A stretch of 64,000 nucleotides of DNA from Psilocybe cubensis (GCA_017499595.2 CM039001.1:1736001-1800000), one strand, 5' to 3'; shown: positions 47,955 to 61,757, counted from the first letter of the stretch. Numbers and translations are program-made. Notes: a model not told the origin generated them from the sequence alone.

Positions 47955-50900
47955 TCAATCAAGCGCGCCATTGCCATTACAATAATCAACATTGCCCACA
48001 CTGGGATTCCCAGCCCACTATATTTGAAAAACGTTATAAACAAAGGCACAGTGAGTAAAACTAAAGTTGCTTACACTAGGGAAGGGTCGCCCCGTTCCGG
48101 CTGCTCCAAAGACGGCAAACGACAGGATGAAGATCATCACCTGGGCACCACCGTCGAGAGCACCGCCGAGGATATAGTTATACTTCTTATACCATCCTGG
48201 ATGGTATTTCCTCAGCCACAACTGTGAAACGAGGCCTACAATAATACTGGACGTAATGGTAGAGTTGACTCCAGCTGACAAAAACGCCGAATACTTTGAA
48301 ATTGCTGTTAAAGAGTGATACGGAGTACGAGAAGAGATGCCCTCTTACCTGAATAATGATAGGCAACATAATACTCTGAACATTGATGGGGCCGATCTTG
48401 GGCCATCGCTGCAAAGAAACTCTGTGTCAAACTACGAAGCAGATTACATGTATCTATTACTGACTTTGTTGATAAGCCACTGAATTGCGGTTGGAACCAT
48501 CCCAATCACCAAGCTCATCGGAATAATCCAATAAGGACCGTTGAAACCATATAATTCTTTTGCCAAAGACCATGTAACCGCGGCACTGTTCAGACTCTGT
48601 GGGTATTGTCCACTCCAAACATTCGTTCCCGTAGGACTTAAAAGAATTTCACGTTGTGCGTCCACCACTGAAACCATAACCACTGCAACACTGTGAGCAA
48701 AGTGCGCGATAATGTAAGACGGGGGAAAATTTTACCGTAGTTTATAACAGCTCCTGTATGCATAGATGTTCTGTTGGTAACCTTATCATCTATTTGCTAA
48801 AGATATCTCACCGAGAATGGTTCCCCAAACTTGTGTGAGGAACATAACACGAGGTGGAATTTTCAGATATTGGCCCATTTTGAGGTCTGAGGCCAAGTTG
48901 ATAGACGTAGATACAACGTCGTGACTCCACATTGAGAACTGCATAGGAATTGATCCAAGATTACTATTGGCTACCGTTCGTGGCGGCAAGAAGAAACATA
49001 CATAAAGATTTGCGACAGGTCGTCCGGGATTGATGGCCCCGGCCACCATCTTCATAAGTTGATTGGTGGATACACCGTTACCCATACGAGCAAATAAAAG
49101 ACTGGAGAAAGGCTATAAATGATGGAGGTTATTCTACACTCGTATTACAGGGCTGAAGTATACCTACTGTGATGAATGCGCCCAGAATCAATGCAACCAG
49201 GTAGGACCACCATGGTAGGGTTGTCTGGCCCTTGAAGACGACGATAAGACCTAGTGTTGGTTTAGAATGGTGTGGTATTCGGATCCGAACATAATGATTT
49301 ACCAGCAATGAAAGCCAAAACGAGCAAGATCAGATACCACCACCATGGCGCTTCTTTGTATTTCTTCATAGCCTTTCCGATAAAATGTCAGATCCTAATT
49401 TAAATGCGCGATGATATACGCATACCTGATAATGAGGGTCTGGCTGAGTCCTGTTGTACGCAAGTTTAAATGACTCGACAGCGTAGGATCCCCAGAACAA
49501 TACTACATGTGCAACAAGACCTCCAATCTGAACATAATGTGTGAGCGAATAATGATTGGTTATAAGTTAAGATGTAACATACTGCGAGGTTTGCCGTCAA
49601 GTTTGACCACGCGTTCGAACCAGTCAACGCAGGCAAACCAATTTCTTGAAGGGCAGTGTGATTAAGCTGGAAATTGGTCCCAAAAACAGCAGATTGTTGG
49701 TAAATCGAGCCATTGGAGGAAAAGATAGACGTCGACAACATGGGGAACGCCAAAGACTAAAAAACAGATTAGAGTTATATGATATCAATGTTCTGCAATG
49801 CTAGAATACTTGCGTTCCACAAATTGGAGTAATATATCCCCATAATCGCAACATAGCAGATGAATATGCCGACCCAGGAGTTTGCTTGAGCGGAAAGAGT
49901 TAATAAAACTGGAGGGTTAGCTTGATGATTTAACAAACCTTGCTGAACCAGCGGCAAGCTCATATAGCTTGATAAATCAGAAACAAATAAGTAACGTCCC
50001 GATCAGCAAGTTCAATTGTACCTACCTAGAAGTAATATATTGCCAATCGAACGAGAAGCTGAAGAAACCTAAACCTTCATTCCCATCCGTCCCACCAAAT
50101 AAATTGGTGATAAAATTGAGAGTCTTTTCCGGGGCATTCTGGGTGGAAAGGCAAACGATGTTGATACCGTTGAGCAAGGGGAATATGTATGCAGGAATGA
50201 TCTCGTAAAAGAACATCGCTGTAAATGCCGTCCAGAAAAGTTTAATGCGTTTCATGTTTGCCGAAGTATCGAAATGTAGTGCTATCGCATTTTGTCAGAA
50301 ATTAATCTGATTTCACCGAGAGGAAATTACCCTGAAAGACGGACACTGTCGGCAGGTTCTACGGGTACAATACATCAACTGGAGAAGCCGCAATGACAAG
50401 ATCTATTTTACAGACCGACCAATACACCATTTCTGAAGGATACACCGTGAGGGGGCGCAGTAGCCCTACCAGACCATATCTGTCTCATAATTATTGGATT
50501 TAGTGAGCAAAAACAGGATGAAAAGCAGACCGCTGACCCAAAACATGCCGTTGAGAAGGTCGAAAGAACTGCAGTAACTGGTCCGACGTTGGTATTGTAG
50601 TACAACTGAGGAGAGTGCAGGTAAGCCTCATAGAAGACAAAAAACTCATAAATTGTCACTCACCCTTTGCACAGCAAAATTTTGAACGGCCGAACTACCT
50701 CCTGCTGCAGTCGAAGCAACCAAGGAGGCAACAACGTGCTAAAAAACGGTGTCAGTTTCCCCAGTCGACTAACAAATAAATTTGCAACCAAAGATAAAAA
50801 ACTCACTTCTTTCAATGTGAAAGGACCCGGATTTATAAAATGTAAAATTCCACCAAGTCTTTCGAAAGGTGTGCCTATGACCAAAGATCGCTTCGGCAAG

Positions 50901-51514
50901 ATTTTCGCCCACGCGTTCCCAACCGTAAAGATCAAAAGCAGCAAGAATACTGTAGACACTCCAACTTGTATAGGTTTGAAAAGATATATCTACAAAAAGA
51001 TTACTCAGTGAATATTTCTGTGACAGTCATGAAAAGACAAAACGGTAGTGCGGATTCCGGAACAAATTCCCCAAAAAGGGTTTGCCCCATGATGGCACGA
51101 GCTTAACGCCCAGGATATAGAGATGACAAAGAATGACAAACAAACGGATTGGGTGACTTGGAAGTGGATCCACAGTCCACGCACCTGGCTAAGTGCAGCG
51201 CCCATACCAGCAAATGCAGTCCCAAGACATATCGACCTAAATGTGAGAGCATCGTCTCCGTCGTCGCGAATGTCGACGGCAAACCGAGAGACGTCCCGTC
51301 CAGTATTGATCACCGGCTCTCCGTTGCGGTATTCCGGTTCGTCTTCATCGAAGCGGGTTGAATCGAGGTCGACTTTTTCGTTCGCAATCTCAATACTATC
51401 CGATCCACTATCGGTGACCTTTTTCTCAGTCGACAATGGGTCCGAGTCGAGTTGGGCAAGGCTAGACAGCGCTGGGGGGTCGCTTATCTTGCTCTCGTAG
51501 AGCGGGCTCTCCAT
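47955..51514 (-). CDS. OPT family oligopeptide transporter
   Basis: ALTFRS, INPGPFTLKE|H, YKEAPWWWY, PGRPVANLY, DLKMGQYLKIPPR, WYKKYNYILGGALDGG. Confidence 0.95.
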
Positions 51515-53636
51515 ATTTCCACTGATTTGGAAGAGTGAGGAAAGTTCTCAGGAGAGAGGAGCTCGTAAGATGTTTTTAAGGCTTAAAGAGAACGTCGCAT
51601 TCAACTCATGTCCCACGAGAATCCTTCCGAACTAGGAGCGTACCATGCGGACCACCTTGTGCTCCGAATATAAACTTCTATTCCCCGACAGCGGAAGAAA
51701 GGAACAGTGGTGGATCTTTGCCCCAAATGATTCTATCGTATACAATAATACCTGTGGTGTTGCCATTATGGTGTGCTCGAGAGTCTCTAAGGAGAAATCA
51801 TGTTTACTCGAAATTCGTTGACACGATGAACCGTGGCTCCCTTCATCGGGTGCATGACCTTTGGCCCGCAGAGCGAAATGGCTTTGGAACCAGTGTTAAG
51901 TGACAATTATACATAAATAATCGCCAGGTAGAAGCCTAGTTTGGCGTGCGCCATGCGGCGCCGTCATGGCCTCCTCGGAACGCCCTCAAGTCAGAATCAG
52001 ATCCAACAAGTCAAAAAAACAGGCTCATTGAGGTACTGACCAATGGTATCTGAGACTTTTTTGAGTTCCGGTACTTCAGAGGATTGCAAACAATCATAAA
52101 TGTGAGGTAAGTAGACTGGGTACCAGACCTTCTATAGGGGTGAAGCAATTGGCTGGTTTATCTCCTACAAGGATCTATCAGAAATCTGTGAGATATGGTG
52201 AGCGGTGCAAGAACGCTGGAGGTACCTAAAATAGATTCATTGCGAGAGGATTCGGGGATCAAAAATAGATCGAGCTGCACTCTTCGACTCGATGAAGGAC
52301 AAGCCAAAGATCTCAAGTTACAGCCACTTTGCCAGCATACAGTAGCATCATCGTATGGTGGCAAGGGTGTAAAATAATCCCAACGAGAGCATGAAACCCG
52401 TTATGATTGTAATCTTGTATTAACATCAGTGTTTATTTCTAGACAGTGCAAGCGAACGATAAGCTGCAGATAGCCACAAGAGGAAAGATAAGAATGAGAG
52501 GGAGAAGAGTGCAAGGGAAATGGAGTACAAATCCGTGTACTGACCCCAACATTTTGGTCATGCAAAATTGGAGACCACGAAAAGGATGCGAAAACGTCAA
52601 CGATGATAGCGAAGGCACTGAACTAGCAAACATTAACGTTTGCGTGATTACCTGCTTAAAAGGGTGACAGAGCAATGTAAAAACTGTACGAATGACAAGT
52701 ATACTTATGAAAAAAGGCTCTGTGTCGCAAGTGACCTTGATGTGAGTCCACAGTAGGTTTCAGCACATCGCACTTCAGGTCTTGTGTAGCACCAACAGAG
52801 ACCAATTAAACCGGCGTTGGTTGATGACATTTGATATCTGCTGAAAATACAACAAGATATAGTGGTTGGTGAAGGCTGCAGTTGGGAAATTTCTGGTGTG
52901 CTCTGAATATCTCTCCGCCTGCAAAGCAACATGGTGAACTGTTATTATACAATCTATCTGCAATGGGGTTAGTCCGAAGATATTCAAAAAATGTCACCAC
53001 TTAATAGGATTTCCGTTTCTCTCATAAAATTGCTGCAACGTTCCCCGTAATAAAATCTGACTGTGTGGAGTGCAGTGGAGGCGTTCAACTGGATTGTTGG
53101 GAGCATGAGTGTTTGGACACTAGAAATGCTGCAGCATTGACACATGTTAAAGCTTTCCGAGTATATCTGAGAGGTTGTGGCTTCTTTATAGACAATTGTT
53201 GCCAGTCGAATGGCTGTGGAAAACGGCAGCCACCTTTGCTTCGCTCGATCTTGTCCCCCCGATTCAAAAGTCTCTTCACAAGTGACCGTTTGCTGAACAA
53301 ATTTGATCCGTTTGGTAGAGCAACAGAATCAAGGTTCACCAATTGTAGTGCAGCATCTTTCGCAAGTTCTTCCGAGTCGTTGAAGTTGAAGTTTGACCTG
53401 TGGTTGATCTAGAAAGGCGAGGGCATCCAGTGGCTAAACTATTTATAGTCAAACCTATATTATATAATATGCAGTGACTATACCCAAACTGAATTATTGG
53501 CGGCGAAGATTGGACCACCTCAACGCCATAGTCTATCCTTCTCGCCCTTGAACACCTTGGATTTAGGGTAGACCAGGATTAGGTTTTCTAGTTTGCACAA
53601 TCCTACAGCGCCACACAGCTCTTTAAATTCCGATAT

Positions 53637-56584
53637 ATGTCAACGCCGGCCCCATTCTCTCGTCTTCAATTAGCAGCAGCATTGCTAGGTATGCCTTCAA
53701 CTATATCATTGGAATCCACTGACACATAACAGAGTATGACAACGACCTTGATGATCCAACCGCTCCTTATAGATCAGCGCAGGATAGTGCCATATTCGCA
53801 CATCTACGACGCAACCCTGCAGCTCGTCCAGACCTGGCATCTCGGAAAAGCGATCTTTTAGGAGTATCCCTTCCAAGCGATTCTGCCAGTCTTGCGGGAA
53901 GAGAATCAGCCTTAGATACCAGACGGTCAAGAGCATCCAAAGCCTCACTAGATGCGTTGAGGAACCCTTTTGCAGTGGATAATACTTCAGAATTCGGCGA
54001 GCCAGCTGAAGAAGTGGAAGATGAGGGCCTCGAGGTTGATCTGGCATCCTGGGGATTGGATGCATTCATACCGAAAGATAAATCGAAGTCTTCTAAAGGG
54101 AAAGGCAAGCAACCCGTTCCCGCTATAGTTTCTTCTCGTCTGCGCCGTCCATCTACCAACTACGATGCCTCTGCCACTTTGCCCCGGCGTGCAGTAGTTA
54201 CCTCCAAGTCGGCTAGTCTTGGTGGAAATATCGAAGATCTCCACGTAGGACTACAGGGTCATCAGGCAGAAAGACGTCGCTCATTTGGGTCTCCATTAGA
54301 TCTAGTTGGCATGGAACCTCCTAGCGTACCATTTCAACGCCCTCGCGTGGAATCACAAACATCAGAGAAAATATCTAGTCCTCCTTTGGTACCATTTCCA
54401 ATATCCTCAGCACGTTCTCCTTCTCCCGGAGCCGAGCACTCGTACGGAGAGTCTAAAGGTGGGACGCATGGTCGAGCTTACTCTTCCATGAGTATGAACT
54501 CCAGAATGATTTTGGATGAAGGAAGAGAAGATAATGCTGTCAGACAGCGCAACATTTCAAATGATACTTTAGGAATGGTGAAACCACAAGAAGACAACCC
54601 ATTTGCCATTCAAAACCCTTCTCACATTTCACGCTTTGATCCAAAATCGGTCATAAGAGCGCGTTCTTATTCTAACGCTTCGATGGGTTCAAGAATGATG
54701 TTGGAAAATGACAACGTATCCGTTATGACTGGTGATCCTTACTCCAGGGAGAGGCCTCTGTCAACGCTGGAGCTTCTCAGGCCAAAGGTTCTGGTCATGC
54801 CGAGTCCACTACAACCAATATCATCTCATGCTGGCGTACAACCGCCTCTTAATGTCAGGGAAGGGTTTGAATTATCCGCAGATGGACCTCCTCTTCCTCC
54901 GGGAGCTCGTTCGTCGAGAAGATTGTCCTCGTCCATGTCTCCCCTCGACATTGAAAAAGTCCCCCTTGCGTCAAATTCGTTTACCCCAAACCCATTGATG
55001 GATCTTACATTGTCTCAAAAGACTTTCCGCAATACCCTTGCAGTTCCTGGACAATCTATGTATCCCGAGGGAGTCAACAGACTCCCTCGAGCAACCGAAG
55101 AAGGCCAGCAAGCGGAACTTGATCCATTAGGAAAGGAGGAGTTGGTGGATCCTCCAATACCCACAGAAGGTCCTACCAAGACATCTCGACCAGCAGGAAA
55201 ACTCTACGGCAAAAGTCTCATAGATGATCTTGAGAATCGTAAACTCCAAATGCGAAGCAAACAGAGGTAACTAACTTCTGGTTCGTGAATATGCTATTCA
55301 TATTTTAATTGTGGTTGCAGGGTTTTTACAGGGGATCAAAGACCTTCAATGATGGCTCGTTCAAGTACTTTAATTGATCCAGCATCATTGCAAAAGCGAC
55401 CTACGAACGATCGGACAAGTTCATACGGCCCCCCAAACCCACAGAGTGGACTTTCCAGACATCCTTCATCGACTATGAAGCCTCTGCTCAGTTTTGAGGG
55501 AGAAGATGATAAACCTTTACAGCCATCCCCGACCGCGACTCGTCTACCGGCTACCCGCTCTGTATTCGGAGTCGATACCCTGTGGCAGAGAGAAATGGCT
55601 AAGTTGAAAGAAATGGAAGCAAGGGAACAGGAGGAACAAGCGGCTAGACGAGTAAAGGAAGAAGAAGAAGAAAACAGAAAACAGAAGAAGAAAGAAAAAC
55701 GCAAAAAGAAAGATAAAGACGTTTCAACTGTTGGCTCACCTGAGCAACTTGAACCAATTGAGGATGCTCAAAACATTGCCCCGCCTCCTACACTCCCTGA
55801 CATACAACGCGCCACCCGAAGAGTGCCTGCCAAGCCATCGGACTCTGATATCAGTTCGGAAAGTGACGACGATGAACCATCAATTCAACCCAAACAAAAA
55901 GAACAATCTTGGAATGTGGATTCTTCTGACGAAGAAGACACTGGGCCAAGGCGTACTACTGGGACTGGCCTTAGATACCCAAAGCAGGCTCATAAAACTA
56001 TTGCGCCTCGTATGGACGACGTCAGCGATGAGGATTTGCCACTTGCGGCTACTATCCATAAGGCGGAAGCTCGTGCGATGCTTCAAACTAGTGCCAATGA
56101 GTTTGTTGAATCCGATGATGAGGATCGACCGTTGTCGCATGTTCTTCTTCGAGCGAAATCGGGCACATCTCCTGTGAACTCTCATAAACAACTTCGAAGT
56201 TTGACCTCGCCCGATGACGAAGACGATAATCGACCTTTGGCCCTTCGAGCGTCGAGAATTAATCTTGGCCCCTCAGACGAAGACGATATGCCTCTTGCCT
56301 TCCATCCTGAACAGCAGCGCAGGACTCAGTATCAGATGCTAGCTCAGCACCATCAACAGCAACAGCAAATGATGATACAGGCTCAAATGCAAAGCAACAT
56401 CATGATGAATGCCTCCATGATGGGACAAACCTTTTTTCCACCTCCAATGATAAATCCCATGAGTATGATGGGAATGCAAGTACCATTGTCTATCCCATCC
56501 CCACCTCCTATTCAGGATGACGCTAAGTTTGGACTGGTTGATCGATGGAGAAGAGATGTAGTCATTGAAGGAGAGCGTCCGTGA
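53637..56584 (+). CDS. Large, mostly disordered Ser/Pro-rich hypothetical protein with coiled coil, NPF motifs and acidic DxPL repeats
   Basis: Three exons join in frame with GT-AG introns: MSTPAPFSRLQLAAALL|EYDND..., GKLYGKSLIDDLENRKLQMRSKQR|VFTGDQRPSMM, and RSVFGVDTLWQREMAKLKE...VDRWRRDV. Confidence 0.8.
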
Positions 56585-56874
56585 AGAGTATTGGGTAAAT
56601 TTAGATGCGGTTTCTTCCAATTAATTAATGGACCTTCTGGGATTCTTTGCCATAGTACAATTCATTCAACTAATTACACATACATTAATACATACAGATA
56701 TCTATGAGTGCAAAGTACCTGGATATGGTAATCATAAACAAGATAGATATGTCGTAAATGATCGCATGAATACATGCGAGAAAAATAAGATTCTCCACTA
56801 AACTGTAATTAACAATGAAAACAATCAGAATGTAACGACTACAAAAATGTCCAAGTGTTCATTGTCCAAAGATG

Positions 56875-59800
56875 TCATGAAGGGTTTACGACGGTCAATT
56901 TACGACGGGGAACTGTAACAATAGACACCTCTCTCCTGTCCATTTCTTCTTCAATGGCTCTCTGACGGGTATCTTCATCCATCATGTCGTCATTGTCATC
57001 GGTGTCTGCACTTAGCGGGCTAGCATGTTGGGAATACGATAGTTCGTCGGGGTGCGTGATGACGCGGTATGTGGGACGATGATGTGTATATGGTCCCTGA
57101 GGTGGTGTTGATTCAGTTGGATGTTTGTCTGTCTGTGTGGAATTTCCACGGAGTCGCCATATCATCATCGTCAATAACGAGGAGGTCGGCCGGTGATGAC
57201 ATGCCAATAGAATCAAAACGGCATAATATGTGACCAAAATGATGAAAAGGATAGCAAAGAGATACCGAGGAGCCCTCGCCCACAGTTGAGCCAGAGATAC
57301 GACGGCCAATCCTGCAATAGATAGTTGTGTTAGGGTATGTAGTATGGCATGGCTGGGCGGAGGAGATGTGATGATTGGGGAAGTGAATGTCGGCGACGTT
57401 CCTGTGCCACTGATGTTAGCAACATACTGCGCATTATGAGCCTGTGTTATGGCATAATCTAATTCTCCCTGAGATTTGCGACATTAGTGACATGGATCCC
57501 AGTTGAGAAAAATACCAACTCACCACGACGTTGAGGCTCCTTCTTCGTAGCAGCCAGTCAATTTCACCAAGGCTGCGAGTGGACGGAATTGGGTATGAGC
57601 TCCCATGCAAACCAGTTGAATGGGAAGGCCCTGGAAGGCTTTTCCGCCCATTCGGCCGATTGACAACTTCAAATCCTTTTGATATGGTGGATTCCGCGGA
57701 CAATCCCCCATCATTACTCGGGCGCAACATATTCGATGCATCCCACGACAAGGTCCTTGGCCGGGGGGACGACGGCGGGGATGCATTTGGTAAACTAAGC
57801 GGCGTATCGCTCCTTGGAGGCAAAGGACGCAAACTTTGAGGGGTTTCACTCCGAAGGGGCAACGGACTTGTCTCCACCTTTTCACCAAGGTCGATAGAGC
57901 CTACATGACCGCTACCGCTCCGCTGGCTCTGAGCTTCCCCACCCCCGCCATAGAGCTGGTCATAACAGGTTATACATATAAACAACAAGGGCACAAGAAC
58001 ATAGAGACCGATAAAAAAGATGACCCCGACTATCCCGTGACTTGTTTTGAGGTGTTGCCGATGAGCAGATCCCGACTGAGATGTTAATGTCGTGAACGCT
58101 AGCACGAATCCAGCAACACCGAGACCATACGCCATCAAACCAACAAAGGCACCCACAGAGATAAAGGCGACGCCCTTGATGGGTGTCTGTGACCATCCAG
58201 GATTGGTTCGGAACCAACGGAAAAGTAGAATATCCGGTAATAACACCACCAGGGATAAGGTTGCCAAAATTTTGTGAGCAAAGGATGTGTTGAACAAATG
58301 GGTAATCGCAGTCTGTGATCCTGCAGGTCCAGAAGGCCCGGAACTACCATGTCCAGGATTAGAACCAGTCTTTGTGGGTACCGGACTGTGTGAGTTCGTC
58401 GCCGTCGAAATTAAAGATGCACATTCAGAAAGGTATTGAACTTTGACACCTGAACCATCAGCATTGACACCAGTTTGAAGTTTTCCGTCCCCGAACCCTG
58501 CCCAGATAGGATTAGACGGAGTTACAACACCAGTATATGCACGAAGCAGCCAGATATCGGATAAAAATACCCCATTTGCATCTTGCCCGCCAAAAATCTG
58601 TAAGGGAAATAAGTCAGGTTTGCAGAACCTTGATGCATAAGCTTTACGTACGATGGTATCAGACGCGATGTTCCGAGCATTGCCAACTAATGCCTGAGTA
58701 AAAGCGAATGCAACAGCACCTTCCCTGGGGGAGGGAAATGCCTCCTGTCCTGAAGAATCAGGATCGCCAGAAGGTATTACTCTCGTCCACGAGCCAGTAT
58801 TGATATCTAAAATGGCCTAGAGAAAGGTTCGTTAAGAAGGTGTATGTTTTGGAAACCGACTTACAACTTCTCCCTGGGAGTGACCGTTTGAATCTTCCCA
58901 CAACGAGAGATTGAACCCTCCCAATACCATAAACGTCTGAGATGCAAATGAAGAATCGAACGCATTTAAATTTGGAACCAAGACTGGCGAAATTCTAGGA
59001 GCTGGGCATGGTCCAGGGGAAACTGCGGAGGATGATTGAGTGTTGATGACGAAGGAATCCTGCTTAGCGCATGCAGTATTCGTGGTAGTAGATGATGTAC
59101 TTGAATTGCAACCTCCTGATGCAACGATTTGGTTCATTACAATTGTACCAGCTTGGTTCACCCTGCCCGGCAGGTTGCTAATGCCAGATATACGCTCCCA
59201 GCTGCCTTGTACACTATTCGGGAGATTGGAAGATAATATCCCGGAAATGTTCAGTCTCCAAACATCAGAAAGGGGGTCGATAGAATTTCCGTTAAATCCA
59301 CCCGCTAGGTAAAAGGTGTTGTTGGGGCCTGGAATGGTGGAATCTTGGTTTGGGATCGCCCGTATATCTATTCCACCAGATGCACCCCAACGAGGCGAAG
59401 GACCACCAACAGAAAGTTGCACTTGAGACCAGAATTGATTGATAAAGTCGTACTCCTGAGTATATAGGTATAAGTATATTGCAAAATCTTTCCAAAGCTT
59501 TAGCGGCATTACCCAAACATCTGAAAGAGCTTTGCCATCTGAACCCTTTCCGCCGATGACGACAAATCCATGGCGGCTACAGAAAGGTTATTGATCATTC
59601 AGTACCAAAAAAACAAAAACTTGCTTGCTAGCAGCGAAGTCCCCACCAAACAGAGCAGCACTTCGCGAAGGAGGAGCACCTTGCAGAGTTCCGGGAGGTG
59701 ACGGCGTTGACCAACTCAATGTTTGCAGATTAAGACTAGATTGAATAGGTTGGATCCGCTGTTATTACATCGAAGAAAAATACATACAGAAATGTTTGCG

Positions 59801-60087
59801 ACTGTGCTAGACCATTTTCCGAAAGTCCGCCAAAAATAATGAGGGAACGGCTATATCAAATAAGATCAGAGGGGCAGTGAGTGGTGAGAGTGGTGGACAC
59901 CGTACCTCGTTTCATCATAACCGATGGCTGCATCTCTGAGAGGAGGAGGACGATTTGTGCCCTGGACTACATTAGATAGGTTGATCCACTGCAAGGGAGG
60001 AACCGGGGTGGTCGTGGAAATGGTTTGGGCTTGAACAATTAGAAGACAGTGAGCGACTACTAAAGAAAGAGAATAAATGAGGGCCAT
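56875..60087 (-). CDS. Signal peptide + Kelch/galactose-oxidase-like beta-propeller + multi-TM membrane protein
   Basis: MALIYSLSLVVAHCLLIVQAQ; repeated IFGG/VIGG/LAGG..LSDVW motifs; then about five hydrophobic segments with His residues, interrupted by a Ser/Pro-rich loop. Confidence 0.78.
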
Positions 60088-60553
60088 CCGGGGGAGAACT
60101 GAGAAGACAGGGAGCGTCTCTCGTAGATGCCACCAGGCGAGGTCGTTAGGTGCCCGTGGACGGCTGCATACAAATTGCGGAGGTAGCAGGCTGCTCGACG
60201 TTGAAGCGAGAAAGCAGTTCTGTACAACGCCCACGCTACATGATTCGCCGTCAATTGACTGGCACATCCTCGGCCCGCCGGCCACGACAGGCCTATCAAT
60301 GAATTTGAACTAAACATGGCCTAAGAATATTCGATAAGTATGTCTTGACATACATTATGTCCACGCGATGTCCACTGTCCTGTGTACACGGTGCAGAGCG
60401 TCTCGTGCATGGCAGGTGGCATTGCCTTTAATACTCAGTCGGCTTCGCGTACTATTTTTCCCAGTGTTTACCCTAGTTTGTTGACCTCCGTTTATCCTTT
60501 GTCTTCTGCAACCAGCATCACATCAATCCGGATACACAACTCTCGTCTCCATC

Positions 60554-61260
60554 ATGGACCTCGATGTCCCTAGCAAACGGGTACTCACAGATGAGATTCG
60601 CGATGCTAGTCAAGTTTCGGATAATTTCGCGCGATCAGCATCGTCTGGGTTGGTCTTTGTATTAGCACAGAATTTCAGAATGGTAATCCATTCCGGATAG
60701 TACTCCGGAAGATCTTATACAGCGCCTACGCAATGCTGGTGCTCGGGGGCGAAAGAGTCGGTATTCGTTTATCTCAATTTTGGTATATATTGACGCGTTT
60801 TGACGCGTGTTTAGGCGTTCTGGAAGGCTACAAGACAACACCTTCCACCTTCTCCAAAGCACAATCCACAGGCTCAATATTCACGTCCATGAATGATACT
60901 CTGCACAAAATTTACTCAAATCGTGACTCTTTGCCTTCTCTTCCAAGTAACGACCAAGTCTCGCGCAAGAGAGCTCGCTCGGTCATGGAACATGATGTAG
61001 AAATTGCCACTCCTGAGGGATCCGAGGCGTACCCCGCATTCGGACAACCGGTTACCTTTAGACCTGTTAAATCCCTACCAAACTCTCGGCGGTCACTGCA
61101 CACGACACACTCTCTGCCCACTAGCAGCTTTACCCTTGGAGGAAATGGCCAAACCTCGCAAACACAGTCTTTCCCGCAGTCATCCAACGAAGAAGAAGAC
61201 TGGAGCCAGGACACTACTTTTCAATCTTCAGAACAGAAGTTTGAGCCTATGGTTTTATAA
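60554..61260 (+). CDS. Small disordered protein with an Spd1/Dif1 (ribonucleotide reductase inhibitor)-like motif
   Basis: Introns 60649-60700 and 60758-60814 give LIQRLRNAGARGRKSVLEGYKT, similar to the L..VG.R.RKSV..GYK Hug/Spd1 motif. Confidence 0.6.
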
Positions 61261-61757
61261 GCTCTGGCAAGAACTAAGAAAAAGGTAAACTAGTTTAAAT
61301 ACCGGTTTTGGATTCACATTGCTGACCTCTTGCGTTAGTTTCTTGACCAGTGTATTAGTTTATTTCGGATGTAATCTGTATGACAGCGTGAGGAATTGTA
61401 TCGTAAAATGTACACTAATTGGCTGGCCGATGTTATGCCCATTCTGCTTTAAGCCAGTGGGTTCAGGGGTCAGACAGGCTTGAAAATCCGGCGGTTTCTG
61501 AAAATGTACAAAGGTTCCGACACACCATGCTATGGGGGTCTTGAGATGCCCTTAAAACCTACCATTTTGGAAATGTGAAAAAATGAGATCGGTCGGCGGG
61601 TAAGCAGTCTATTCTTTTCTTACCTACTCTTTTTGAATTTTCTTATTTTATATCGGCGTCCTTGTTGCACTCATCGCATCTTTACGCTGAATGTGTGTTT
61701 TGTCCGTCGCTATTTAATGAGCGCTATTAAGATCGCACTTTTCCATACATCGGCAAG

